From Aestuariivirga sp. (GTDB taxonomy: Bacteria; Pseudomonadota; Alphaproteobacteria; Rhizobiales; Aestuariivirgaceae), in contig JAYWEV010000241.1 of assembly GCA_043779145.1 (NCBI GenBank), positions 1-47,900 on the forward strand: a DNA stretch of 47,900 nt, given 5' to 3'. Both the position numbers and the translations under genes were made by a program. This document shows positions 1-9,241 of this stretch, one piece after another. Position 1 is the stretch's first letter. Each line of letters begins with the position of its first letter. The notes beneath the pieces are model-generated. The model saw only the letters and a list, made by a program, of their open reading frames with translations, had not been told where the DNA came from and did no database searches.

Positions 1-3000
1 AGTATTTGGAAGTCACCAATTTTCTATTTCGGTATTGTGCTGGTGCTGACCGTATTTGGTGCATTGTTGGCTCCATTTGTTATCAATTGGAACAGTTACC
101 GTGATAGCCTCGAATCTTGGGGACACACGCTGACGGGGCGGCAAGTTGCGATTAATGGTCCCATTTCTGTCAGACTCTTCCCATGGCCGCGCCTTGTTGC
201 GGAAGATGTGAGTATTGCCAACCCTAAAGAATTTTCTGAACAGGCTTTAATGAATGCAAAGCGTATTGATGTTCAGTTGGCTTTGGCTGGTTTGTTTAGC
301 GGTGAAATTCAGGTTGAAGCTATTGATTTAGAACGGCCCACACTTTTTATAACCCGCAATGCAGATGGCAATGGTAATTGGATTTTTCAACTTGGCAAGT
401 CGCGGTTACTTGAAAAAGTTAAACTGGAACAGATCAAAGTGAATGACGGTTCGGTTACTGTTAGAGACCGAGCCCGAGGATTTGAGACGACAGTTCAACA
501 CGTGAATGCAGTTCTTTCAGCAACTGCTTTTGAGGGGCCATGGCGGGTTCGTGGTACGGCGATCAACAGCAATGTTCCGCTTGATGTCACTTTCGCCAGT
601 TCTGCCTGGAAAAAAGATGAGCCATTTAAGTTTAGCTTCAAATTAGCTCCTCTCGATGGTGCGCTTCCTGCGTTTGTATTTGATGGGACGCAAAGCGCTG
701 ATCAAGTTCAGGGAAAAGTTGGCCTCGATCCAGTTGTTACCGCCGATGGCCGTCAGAGCCTTGATGCAAGCTTTAAGCCGCTGCAGATGCAGGCGAACAT
801 CACAGCGAATTTCAATAATGTGAAACTCGACAAGATTCACATTGTGCCTGCAGATAGCAAGGATAATGGAACGCTGATTGAAGGTCATGCCGATGTTCAA
901 TTGGACAAAGGGATAAAAGTGGACGTCAGTCTTTCGTCACCACGCATTGATCTTGATAGTTTGGCAGGGGGGCAATCGTTGAGGGTGTGGCGCGCGGGCG
1001 GTGTTATGGCTCTGATTAATCGTGTCATCGCCGAATTTCCTGAAAAGTTAGATCTAACTGCTGCAGTTGATGTTGCGTCGCTTTCTGCTGCAGGAGAGAC
1101 TTTAGAGAATGTGAAGCTTAAAACTTCAGCTCAGCAAGGTGCGGTGCGTATTCAAAATTTTACGGCGAATCTTCCCGGTCGTTCCGCAATGAAATTTGAT
1201 GGCATTGCATTTCCCGGCGTGGATGCTGCGGAATTGGGTGGCAGTTTGGCGATGGAAAGCAATGATTTGCGCGCCTTTATCTCTTGGTTGTGGCCTGAAG
1301 GCAAAGCTTCTTTGGCGCAATATTGGACGGGCGCGCGGGGCCGACTGAAAGCGCAATCTGATGTAACATGGTCGGGCAAACGGTTTGGATTTCAAAATTT
1401 GAAATATGAATTGGACGGCGAACCAGGCACTGCTGAGCTTGCCGTATCTCTTGGTAAATTAGCTTCAGTTGATTTGCAGCTGAATTCAAAACTTTTAGAT
1501 TTGGACAATTACATTAGCTTGAAGGGTGCAAATGTTTTGAGTGTCGCCTTTGCTGCTCCGTTGGCGAAATCTGAAAGCGGGTTCGACAAACGGCTGAACT
1601 TGCAAGCGGCAAAACTGCGTTTGAATGGTGTTGAAGCACAAGATGTGGCGCTCGACTTCTCTTCCAGCTTCAGTGGGTTTGAAATTAACGCGCTCGATAT
1701 TGGTTCGGTTGAAGGTGCTCGTGTCAAAGGCAGTGGTTTGGTTTTGCATGGGCCAGACGGACCTTCAGGCGATATGAAGTTTTCAGTGCTAGCCGAAAAT
1801 CCGCGGGGGTTGTTGCGTATGCTTGGAGCATTTCCAAGAGGGCCTGATCCTGTTTGGGCGAATATACTTGGCACCACCGATCTGAAAGCCGATGTTACAG
1901 TTCGCCCAGGGAATGATCAGCCAACTGTAACTTTTGGAATCTCGGGCAATAGCGGACCGATTCAGCTTTCTGCGACGGGTGATATCAAAGATATTAGCAA
2001 AGGGCGCGATGCTACCGTTGGATTGTCGGCAGAATTGAGCTCTGCAGAAGGTGGAGACTTAAGCCGCTTTTTTGGATTTGCGCCTCTCATAGCAACAACC
2101 GGCCCTGGAAAAATGTCAGTCGTCGCGACGGGTGCAAATGACACGGGATACAAAACCGCAGTTCGCGGCAGCATGTTTGATGCCGACATTGTTTTTGATG
2201 GCAGCTTTAAACCAAATGACAAAATGTCAGAAATCAATGGTGCCACAAGCGTTGCAGCCAAGGACGGCGCAATGTTGGGGCGTGCATTAGGGTTAGAGCA
2301 AACTTCGCTATTTAATGGCCCTCTGGATATTAAAGCCAATCTTTCAACTGCAGAACAAAACTTGCAAATCAAAGGTTTTATTGGGCAGATGGGCAGTCAA
2401 TCCGTGATCGGTGAGGGGAGTTTGAGCGCCGACGGCGCAGTGAACGCCAATATTGGCTTTGAACATTTGGATCTGCCAACTGTTTTAGCCACAGTATTCA
2501 TGCCGTGGCGCAATGGCATTCCTGCGTTAGATGACGGATTTGCGCCACCCGCTCCGCACGGTTTGCACGGCGAAATTTGGTTGCGGCCGGCTGAGCTTAA
2601 AAATTTTGGAACTGCACTTAAGGAATCGGTTGTCGGTATCAATTTTGAACAGCATAGCCGAAGCTTATCGATCGCCTCACAAGAGCGCGATAATGAACCA
2701 TTTATGCTCGATCTGAGTTTGCGCGAGGGCGATAATAGTTTTGCGATGACGGGCTCAGGTCATGGTTCAATTTCAATTGCACCGTTTTTGACGGCGCAAG
2801 ATGGCAGTGGAATCGCCAATGGTCGCGTCGTGTTAGATGGTCAATTTCAGGGGCAGGGGCGCAGCCCGCAGGCCATTCTTTCGAGCTTGACCGGAAAGGG
2901 TTCATACGAGCTGCAGGATGCAGCGATGGTTTCGCTTTCTCCCGATCCTTTTTACAAAAAACTTGACCTTGTTCAAAATGCCGATGGATTGCAGCAGGCT

Positions 3001-3576
3001 TTCGATGGCCTGTTGAAGGGCCCTGGTTTCGTACTGAGTTCAGACAAACGGGATATAACGATTGATAGGGGTAACATGCTGGCTGAGCCTCTCAAGGCTT
3101 CGCTTGAAAATGCAGATATTGAAATCACACCAAGTTTTGATTTGTCCAGTCATGCGCTGAAAACACTGGTTCAACTTTCAGGTAAAACTCAGGTTGGACT
3201 TCCCGATATTAAAGTTAGTTACGAGGGACCACCGGGTGTATTGGCGAGGCGTAGTGATACGTCTGCTATTTCTGCAAAGCTTGGTTATGCTTTCATCGCT
3301 CGCGATATGGCAGAGCTTGACCGCGTTAAAAAGGAACAGGAAAAATTAGCTGCTGAAGAATTGGAGCAAACCCATTCTGATGAAGCGAAATTTGCGGCGT
3401 ATCAGGCGCAGCGGTTGGAGTTACGATTGCGTTTGCGCGAGATGAAGGTTCATGCAGGCCAGCGGGTGATTGAGGCTGATCGCAAGAAGGCAGAAATGGA
3501 TCGGGTGATTACGGATTCATTGCTGATCAAGAAGCTGGAATATCCGCGCTTGTTGCGCCGAGCACGCGGGCATTAA
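1..3576 (+). CDS. AsmA-like family protein, probably truncated by the left window edge
   Basis: Frame is open from base 1 (SIWKSPIFYFGIVLVL...). N-terminal TM followed by 'APFVINWNSYR...TGRQV.INGPISVRLFPWP', typical of AsmA. Long beta-rich body and a charged coiled-coil C-terminal tail. Confidence 0.85.
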   Translation, partial: SIWKSPIFYFGIVLVLTVFGALLAPFVINWNSYRDSLESWGHTLTGRQVAINGPISVRLFPWPRLVAEDVSIANPKEFSEQALMNAKRIDVQLALAGLFSGEIQVEAIDLERPTLFITRNADGNGNWIFQLGKSRLLEKVKLEQIKVNDGSVTVRDRARGFETTVQHVNAVLSATAFEGPWRVRGTAINSNVPLDVTFASSAWKKDEPFKFSFKLAPLDGALPAFVFDGTQSADQVQGKVGLDPVVTADGRQSLDASFKPLQMQANITANFNNVKLDKIHIVPADSKDNGTLIEGHADVQLDKGIKVDVSLSSPRIDLDSLAGGQSLRVWRAGGVMALINRVIAEFPEKLDLTAAVDVASLSAAGETLENVKLKTSAQQGAVRIQNFTANLPGRSAMKFDGIAFPGVDAAELGGSLAMESNDLRAFISWLWPEGKASLAQYWTGARGRLKAQSDVTWSGKRFGFQNLKYELDGEPGTAELAVSLGKLASVDLQLNSKLLDLDNYISLKGANVLSVAFAAPLAKSESGFDKRLNLQAAKLRLNGVEAQDVALDFSSSFSGFEINALDIGSVEGARVKGSGLVLHGPDGPSGDMKFSVLAENPRGLLRMLGAFPRGPDPVWANILGTTDLKADVTVRPGNDQPTVTFGISGNSGPIQLSATGDIKDISKGRDATVGLSAELSSAEGGDLSRFFGFAPLIATTGPGKMSVVATGANDTGYKTAVRGSMFDADIVFDGSFKPNDKMSEINGATSVAAKDGAMLGRALGLEQTSLFNGPLDIKANLSTAEQNLQIKGFIGQMGSQSVIGEGSLSADGAVNANIGFEHLDLPTVLATVFMPWRNGIPALDDGFAPPAPHGLHGEIWLRPAELKNFGTALKESVVGINFEQHSRSLSIASQERDNEPFMLDLSLREGDNSFAMTGSGHGSISIAPFLTAQDGSGIANGRVVLDGQFQGQGRSPQAILSSLTGKGSYELQDAAMVSLSPDPFYKKLDLVQNADGLQQAFDGLLKGPGFVLSSDKRDITIDRGNMLAEPLKASLENADIEITPSFDLSSHALKTLVQLSGKTQVGLPDIKVSYEGPPGVLARRSDTSAISAKLGYAFIARDMAELDRVKKEQEKLAAEELEQTHSDEAKFAAYQAQRLELRLRLREMKVHAGQRVIEADRKKAEMDRVITDSLLIKKLEYPRLLRRARGH

Positions 3577-3782
3577 GCCTGAAGTTGGTTTAAGATCCAG
3601 ATGCGAATTGCGCTCGATAGGTTTCGCGTTCCTCGCGTCTCGTCAATCTCGCCAACCAAAGTGGCGATGCTTTTGCTATCTCGTTCGGCGTAGCTTTTCA
3701 GCGCCGCCCAAAATTCGGGTTCGAGCGATAAAGACGTTTGATGACCAGCGATGGTGAGCGAACGTTTTAGGTCTTTGGCCAC
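3573..3782 (-). CDS. Ribbon-helix-helix domain protein (RHH_4 type)
   Basis: KRSLTIAGHQTSLSLEPEFWAAL...NLSSAIRIWIL signature. GTG at 3782 is the likely start; the longer ORF runs through a palindromic repeat. Confidence 0.85.
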   Translation of the reverse strand: MAKDLKRSLTIAGHQTSLSLEPEFWAALKSYAERDSKSIATLVGEIDETRGTRNLSSAIRIWILNQLQA

Positions 3783-3823
3783 TAGAATATATCTTCCGGC
3801 TCTACGTTCGTATACCATGACGC

Positions 3824-3909
3824 CGTCAAGCCAGCGAAGACTGGCATCCCGCTTTGACTTCGAGAGCGGGTCGAATGGAAGCTGGGCCCCAGCCTTCGCT
3901 GGGCTGACG
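3824..3909. repeat. Palindromic REP/RPE-like element (family A)
   Basis: Imperfect inverted arms CGTCAAGCCAGCGAAGACTGG / CCAGCCTTCGCTGGGCTGACG. Related to 25772-25845. Confidence 0.75.
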
Positions 3910-3944
3910 AATAGATTGGGCAATGTTTTGCCCTGCCAACTAAC

Positions 3945-4124
3945 TCAATTGTCTCGCTTCTTGCCATCTAACTCATTCTTCAATTTAGTCGTTTCAAATT
4001 TACTGATAATTTTTTTTCTCTTGCTTCGCCCAAATTTTGCTCGGTTTTGCTCAGCTTGTTTTTCCGCTTCGTCGCGCGCTTTGCTCTTTCTAGCGTGCCG
4101 CAGGTTTATGAGATCAGCCGTCAT
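3945..4124 (-). CDS. DUF4169 family protein (59 aa, not in the ORF track)
   Basis: Hand translation [35 protein letters not shown]...[12 protein letters not shown] overlap with the fumC stop. Usual neighbour of fumC and the RHH gene. Confidence 0.85.
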   Translation of the reverse strand: MTADLINLRHARKSKARDEAEKQAEQNRAKFGRSKRKKIISKFETTKLKNELDGKKRDN

Positions 4125-5512
4125 GAGGGCCCGAGCATGTTTTCGGGGCGGACGATGGCGTCGAAATCTTTTTCGTCAATGCCGTCCTTCACAGCCTCTT
4201 GGCGCAATGTGGTTCCGTTTTTATGAGCGGACTTTGCGATCTTTGCGGCCCGGTCGTAGCCGTATTTGGGGGCCAACGCTGTGACGAGCATGAGGGAGCG
4301 ATCAAGCGCCGCCTTGATATTATCTTCGCGCGCTTCGATGCCGACCACGCAATTTTCTGTGAAACTGGTTGCGGCATCGGCCATGAGCTGCACCGACTGC
4401 AGGAAGTTATAAACCATGACGGGGTTGAATACGTTCAGTTCGAAATGGCCTTGGCTGCCTGCGAAAGTAATCGCCGCGTTGTTCCCGAAGATTTGGATGC
4501 AGACTTGGGTTAGCGCTTCGCATTGCGTTGGGTTTACTTTGCCGGGCATGATGGATGAGCCGGGCTCATTTTCAGGTAATTGCAACTCGCCCAGGCCAGA
4601 GCGCGGGCCTGAACCCAAGAAGCGAATGTCATTGGCAATTTTAAATAGCGAAGCCGCAACCGTGTTGATTGCGCCATGGGTCATCACCATCGCGTCGTGG
4701 GCCGCCAAGGCTTCGAATTTGTTTGGTGCAGTGGTGAAGGGCAGGCGGGTGATGTTGACGATGTGCTCTGCTACTTTTTCAGCAAAACCTTTTGGGGCGT
4801 TGAGGCCTGTGCCAACCGCCGTTCCGCCCTGGGCGAGTTGCATTAACATGGGTAGTGTTTGTTCAATGCGGGCAATGCCGTTTTGGATTTGCTGGGTATA
4901 GCCTGAAAATTCTTGGCCGAGGGTGACTGGTGTAGCATCTTGCGTGTGGGTGCGGCCAATCTTGATCAGCTTTGCCCATTGCATGGCTTTATCATTCAAA
5001 GCGTTGCGCAAATGTTGCAGGGCCGGCAGCAATCGGTGATGAATTTCTTCGACACAGGCAATGTGCATAGCTGTGGGGTAAGTGTCGTTCGAAGATTGGC
5101 TCATGTTTACATGGTCATTGGGGTGCACAGGCTTCTTCGAACCCATAACCCCGCCAAGCATTTCAATGGCGCGGTTTGAAATCACTTCATTGGCATTCAT
5201 GTTAGACTGTGTGCCCGAACCTGTTTGCCACACGGCGAGAGGGAAATGATCATTCAGCTTGCCCTCGATCACTTCCTGCGCAGCGTTGATCACCACAGCA
5301 CCAATAGCTTTATCAAGTTGACCTAAGCCCATATTGGTTTCTGCGGCGGCGCGTTTGATAATGCCCAAAGCGCGAACCACCGAGGCTGGTTGCTTTTCCC
5401 AGCCGATCTTGAAGTTTTGCAAAGACCGCTGCGCCTGCGCACCCCAATATTTGGAGGCATCAACCTCGATGGGGCCAAAGGTGTCGGTTTCGGTTCGGGT
5501 GTTTTTGGGCAT
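4121..5512 (-). CDS. fumC: Fumarate hydratase class II
   Basis: [11 protein letters not shown] signature, [21 protein letters not shown]. Confidence 0.98.
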   Translation of the reverse strand: MPKNTRTETDTFGPIEVDASKYWGAQAQRSLQNFKIGWEKQPASVVRALGIIKRAAAETNMGLGQLDKAIGAVVINAAQEVIEGKLNDHFPLAVWQTGSGTQSNMNANEVISNRAIEMLGGVMGSKKPVHPNDHVNMSQSSNDTYPTAMHIACVEEIHHRLLPALQHLRNALNDKAMQWAKLIKIGRTHTQDATPVTLGQEFSGYTQQIQNGIARIEQTLPMLMQLAQGGTAVGTGLNAPKGFAEKVAEHIVNITRLPFTTAPNKFEALAAHDAMVMTHGAINTVAASLFKIANDIRFLGSGPRSGLGELQLPENEPGSSIMPGKVNPTQCEALTQVCIQIFGNNAAITFAGSQGHFELNVFNPVMVYNFLQSVQLMADAATSFTENCVVGIEAREDNIKAALDRSLMLVTALAPKYGYDRAAKIAKSAHKNGTTLRQEAVKDGIDEKDFDAIVRPENMLGPS

Positions 5513-5575
5513 GGGAAGGTTCCAGATTTGATTCTGGGATTAGCATGGACTTCGGAAGGTGACGAGGGGCCAATG

Positions 5576-6415
5576 TTAGTGACCTATCAGGGTTTGCATT
5601 CTGGCTTGCAAGGCAATCAAGAGGCCTGCCCGACCTTCCGCATTATTCAGATAGCGGATATACCGAAGGTGTCTAAGATCAAACGGGACATCAGCCTCAC
5701 TTTGTGCAATCAGTATCACTTCACGACCAAGTGTATGAGCTATTCCTGCCTCATAGAAAACGTTTGGGTTGCGCCCCGAGCAATCACACACGACAATTCG
5801 AGAGCGATCAATAAGCGATACAACATCTTGTATAATTGCCGCATTTTCCCAAATATCATCGGCTCGCCTGCATCTTAGGCCGACACCTTCGGCTGCCCGT
5901 GTAATAGCCTCGTATACCACATTAAACGAAGCGTCGAATGGCATCATTGCCGAAGCCAACGCTGGTTCAATTCCTTCATGCTCAGGAATTCGAAAAACAG
6001 TAGGCCGTTGCCGACGTGGCTGAACATTACGAAGCAGAAAACGATAAAGATCAACATCTTTTACCGCCCAATGATTTCTAGAAAATTCGAAATCTCGAGG
6101 CATGTCGAGTGCCATGCGGTTGGCGTACACAAATGAGTTTCGGAGGGGAGGTACCTCTACATCTAGCGTGTATTCGAATGACACTTCGTTGCCGCTAACT
6201 CGCACTCTGTTGATTTGTCCTACACGGCAAATTTCTTCTCCAGTACCTTCTGGCATGAACAAACAGGGCAATGTTGCCAACCTATCCAAATCGACACCTT
6301 GATCTTGCTGAAACTGTCTGGCTATGGCGTCGTTAGTAAACTCGAATAGTCTATCAATAGGCATGGTTTCTCGGCCAGTACTCCAATCCTCAGAACGCAT
6401 GATTAGGTTAAACAT
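5576..6415 (-). CDS. Hypothetical protein with C-terminal nucleoside 2-deoxyribosyltransferase/TIR-like domain; candidate defence protein
   Basis: AMMPF...RADD...IVVCDCSGRNPNVFYEAGIAH...VPFDLRH motif set. N-terminal about 135 aa ending EFSRNHWAVKDVDL. Confidence 0.65.
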   Translation of the reverse strand: MFNLIMRSEDWSTGRETMPIDRLFEFTNDAIARQFQQDQGVDLDRLATLPCLFMPEGTGEEICRVGQINRVRVSGNEVSFEYTLDVEVPPLRNSFVYANRMALDMPRDFEFSRNHWAVKDVDLYRFLLRNVQPRRQRPTVFRIPEHEGIEPALASAMMPFDASFNVVYEAITRAAEGVGLRCRRADDIWENAAIIQDVVSLIDRSRIVVCDCSGRNPNVFYEAGIAHTLGREVILIAQSEADVPFDLRHLRYIRYLNNAEGRAGLLIALQARMQTLIGH

Positions 6416-6511
6416 TTCGCAATACCACCAAAAATTGAGATCATTCCTATTTGACCATTACAAGATCAATCTTGAGTTGGCGATGATGTCAGCAAACTGT
6501 ACCGATTGCCA

Positions 6512-6766
6512 TCAATAATGATACCGACAAGCCAACACAATCAACTCGCCCTTCTCAACCTTATACACCAGCCGATGCTCCTGATCGATGCGGCGGGACC
6601 AGCAGCTGGCTAATTCGAACTTCAATGGCTCTGGTTTGCCGATGCCTTCGAAGGGAGTTTTTAGGGTGGCTTCGATGAGGTCGAGGATTTTCGTTGCTTT
6701 GCGGCGATCGGTTTCGGTCCAATAGCGTAACTGCTCTAACGCCTTGGGATCAAAGACCAAGCGCAT
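6512..6766 (-). CDS. yoeB: Txe/YoeB family toxin
   Basis: PFEGIGKPEPLK...WSRRIDQEHRLVY...CRYHY. Confidence 0.95.
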   Translation of the reverse strand: MRLVFDPKALEQLRYWTETDRRKATKILDLIEATLKTPFEGIGKPEPLKFELASCWSRRIDQEHRLVYKVEKGELIVLACRYHY

Positions 6767-7022
6767 TTTTTAAGGCCGCTACCGATTTGAAGGATTTGCG
6801 GGCTTTCTTGGGCCGCTTCAGTGCCTCCAGCAAATGTTTGGCATTGGCGGGTGAGCGCAGCAGATAGGCTGTTTCAGCCATCGAGTCATAGTCTTCGCGG
6901 GAAATCAAAACCGCATCGCCGCCCTTGGCGCGTTCGACTACGATAACCTCATGATCATCCACAGCGCGATCCAAAGCGGATTTCAGATTGGCGCGGAGTT
7001 TTGAATAGGTGAGAGAGCCCAT
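6750..7022 (-). CDS. yefM: Phd/YefM family antitoxin
   Basis: TYSKLRANL...VLIS.EDYDSMAETAYLLRSPANA. Overlaps the toxin gene. Confidence 0.93.
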   Translation of the reverse strand: MGSLTYSKLRANLKSALDRAVDDHEVIVVERAKGGDAVLISREDYDSMAETAYLLRSPANAKHLLEALKRPKKARKSFKSVAALKNALGL

Positions 7023-7030
7023 GGAAAAGT

Positions 7031-7049
7031 TGTACAATAATATTGTACA
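7031..7049. promoter_or_regulatory. yefM-yoeB operator (two TGTACA palindromes)
   Basis: TGTACA at 7031-7036 and 7044-7049, just upstream of the yefM ATG. TGTACA is the known YefM operator core. Confidence 0.75.
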
Positions 7050-7157
7050 TATGGCAATGATTTACACCACGCCTTGGTTTTATCATTTCTTTAACTTGCT
7101 GTATGCGGCCTTCGCGGTGCATACCAAGGGCAAGGTTTAATTCGCAAAGACGAGTAA

Positions 7158-8330
7158 ATGAAAAAAATTCCGCGCGGCGTATGGATGTTGGGTTTTGTGT
7201 CGATGTTCATGGATATTTCTTCTGAGATGATCCACGGCGTGTTGCCACTTTTTGTAGTGGGCACATTGGGCGCTTCGGCCACTTTGCTGGGGCTAATCGA
7301 AGGCATTGCCGAGGCCACCGCCCAAATTTCAAAGCTGTTCTCCGGCGTGCTGAGTGATAAATGGAAAAGCCGAAAGGGCTTGGCATTGTTGGGTTATGGC
7401 ATGGCGATGATTGTAAAGCCGTTGTTTCCTTTGGCCACTTCAGTGACTGGGGTGTTTATCGCACGGTTTGCCGACCGGATTGGCAAAGGCATTCGCGGTG
7501 CGCCGCGCGATGCGATGGTGGCCGATATGACTGCTCCTGAGCTTCGGGGTGCTGCTTTTGGTTTGCGCCAATCACTTGATACGGTGGGGGCGTTTGTAGG
7601 TCCGCTGATTGCTGCAATCTTGATTGGCCTATGGGCGATGGATCTGCGCAGTGTGTTGTGGGTTGCTTGTGTTCCCGCATTGATTGCCGTTTTGGTTTTG
7701 GCTTTTGGCGTGGAAGAGCCAGCGCCTCTGATCAACGACAACAAGCGCAAGGCGGGATTCAATCTGGCCACGGCCAAGAATTTGGGGCGGCCGTTTTGGG
7801 TGGTAGCGGCTTTAGGGGCTGCAGTCATGTTGGCGCGGTTCTCGGAAGCGTTTCTGGTTTTGCGCGCTTCCAATTCAGGCATGACGCTGGCCTTTGTGCC
7901 GTTGGTAATGGTGGTGATGAGTGTTGTCTATTCGCTGTCTTCGTATCCTGTTGGGGTGCTTTCAGATCGGTTGGGGCGAAACGGTCTATTGGCCGCTGGC
8001 CTGATCTGTTTGATTTTGGCAGATGTGGTTTTGGCTTATGCGCCGGGTCCATTGATGGTGATGGTGGGCGTGGCGATTTGGGGACTGCATATGGGGTTGA
8101 CGCAAGGCATCTTGTCGACGCTGGTTGCCGATTCCGCGCCTGCGGATTTGCGCGGCACGGCGTACGGCATGTTTGCTTTGGTGAGCGGCGTTGCGACCTT
8201 AGTGGCCAGTGTTGTGGCAGGTGTGGTTTGGGATAAGGTAGGCGAGGCACCTGTGTTTCTGATTGGCGCTGGCTTTAGCGTTCTTGCGCTGTTGTTGATG
8301 GCGCTTCAGCGCAACTCATCCCACCAGTAA
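7158..8330 (+). CDS. MFS transporter
   Basis: About 12 hydrophobic segments; G.LSDK/R motifs in both halves; DRIGKGIRGAPRDA. Confidence 0.92.
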   Translation: MKKIPRGVWMLGFVSMFMDISSEMIHGVLPLFVVGTLGASATLLGLIEGIAEATAQISKLFSGVLSDKWKSRKGLALLGYGMAMIVKPLFPLATSVTGVFIARFADRIGKGIRGAPRDAMVADMTAPELRGAAFGLRQSLDTVGAFVGPLIAAILIGLWAMDLRSVLWVACVPALIAVLVLAFGVEEPAPLINDNKRKAGFNLATAKNLGRPFWVVAALGAAVMLARFSEAFLVLRASNSGMTLAFVPLVMVVMSVVYSLSSYPVGVLSDRLGRNGLLAAGLICLILADVVLAYAPGPLMVMVGVAIWGLHMGLTQGILSTLVADSAPADLRGTAYGMFALVSGVATLVASVVAGVVWDKVGEAPVFLIGAGFSVLALLLMALQRNSSHQ

Positions 8331-9241
8331 GGGTTGCTCCATGCGCGCTTTCCTGCGTGGTCTATGACGGTTACGCGAAACCATGGGCTTGGTTTTTTAA
8401 GCATCCAGCCTTGATCAAGATTAGTGAGATTAAAGTTGGCGGAGGTTATTGCCTTGCCTGTTTTAACACAGGTTCGGGAAACACCGCAAACGACAGTTAT
8501 GGTGTCGACTGGCGAGCATGTTATTTCGATTTCTTTGCCGTTCAGTTTGATATCGTGGAACTCGGGGCCTTGGCTTGAATAGTAATGGCCTGCTTTTAAA
8601 GCGTTCAACAGCTCATCAGGAACGAGGCTTTGGGCCTTTACATTAACCCAACCACCGAAATGATCGGGCGTTTTGAAATGTGCATCATCCGTTGCAAAAG
8701 CTGAAAGCCGCTTTCCTTCATTCATTAATTGATCATGCAAATACCAGCCGTCTCCTCGATCATTTTCAATGGCACAACCATGGTTGTATATTTCTACGGC
8801 GTGAGCGGACTCTATGGACAGGCCGTCTTCAAGGGTCAGTTGCGACCAAGCAGGGTGTGCGATGCCGATAAATGCACCGGCATCTCTGGCCCGTTTTGCA
8901 AGTTGTGCTCCGGTTTCATTCGGGCCGCAGGGTGCGAAATCTAATGGCAGGCCCGTGGCCACAATGTGCCAAAGTTCGCCGGCACTTGTTTCGGGCGCGT
9001 GGAGTTCAACACCGATTAAGGTTGTAAAATTATTACTGCGAAATTGACGCGTGTCGTTAATCGGCCAATTGAAATGCTCGATGAAATGCTCGGACAATTG
9101 CAAGAAATCGTAGCCTGCATCTTTGTAGGCCTGCACCACAACTTCTGAAGGCAGCACTCCATCAGATTGATTGGAATGCGTGTGAATGTTGCCACGCCAA
9201 AAGCGACCGGGCTGAGAGAAGGGGGAAAGTGATTTCATCAT
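8306..9241 (-). CDS. PHP-domain (CehA/McbA-like) metallo-phosphoesterase
   Basis: GNIHTHS..SDG, SEH, IAHP, TDDAH metal motifs; C-terminal AWSNP. Confidence 0.85.
   Translation of the reverse strand: MMKSLSPFSQPGRFWRGNIHTHSNQSDGVLPSEVVVQAYKDAGYDFLQLSEHFIEHFNWPINDTRQFRSNNFTTLIGVELHAPETSAGELWHIVATGLPLDFAPCGPNETGAQLAKRARDAGAFIGIAHPAWSQLTLEDGLSIESAHAVEIYNHGCAIENDRGDGWYLHDQLMNEGKRLSAFATDDAHFKTPDHFGGWVNVKAQSLVPDELLNALKAGHYYSSQGPEFHDIKLNGKEIEITCSPVDTITVVCGVSRTCVKTGKAITSANFNLTNLDQGWMLKKPSPWFRVTVIDHAGKRAWSNPYWWDELR

Noticed and set aside
7055-7150. Short resemblance on the minus strand (KPCPWY; AAAAACCAAG) to the 3' end of the PHP gene, suggesting a second stranded tail like murI
   Set aside because: The match is under 20 nt and does not extend colinearly; likely chance.
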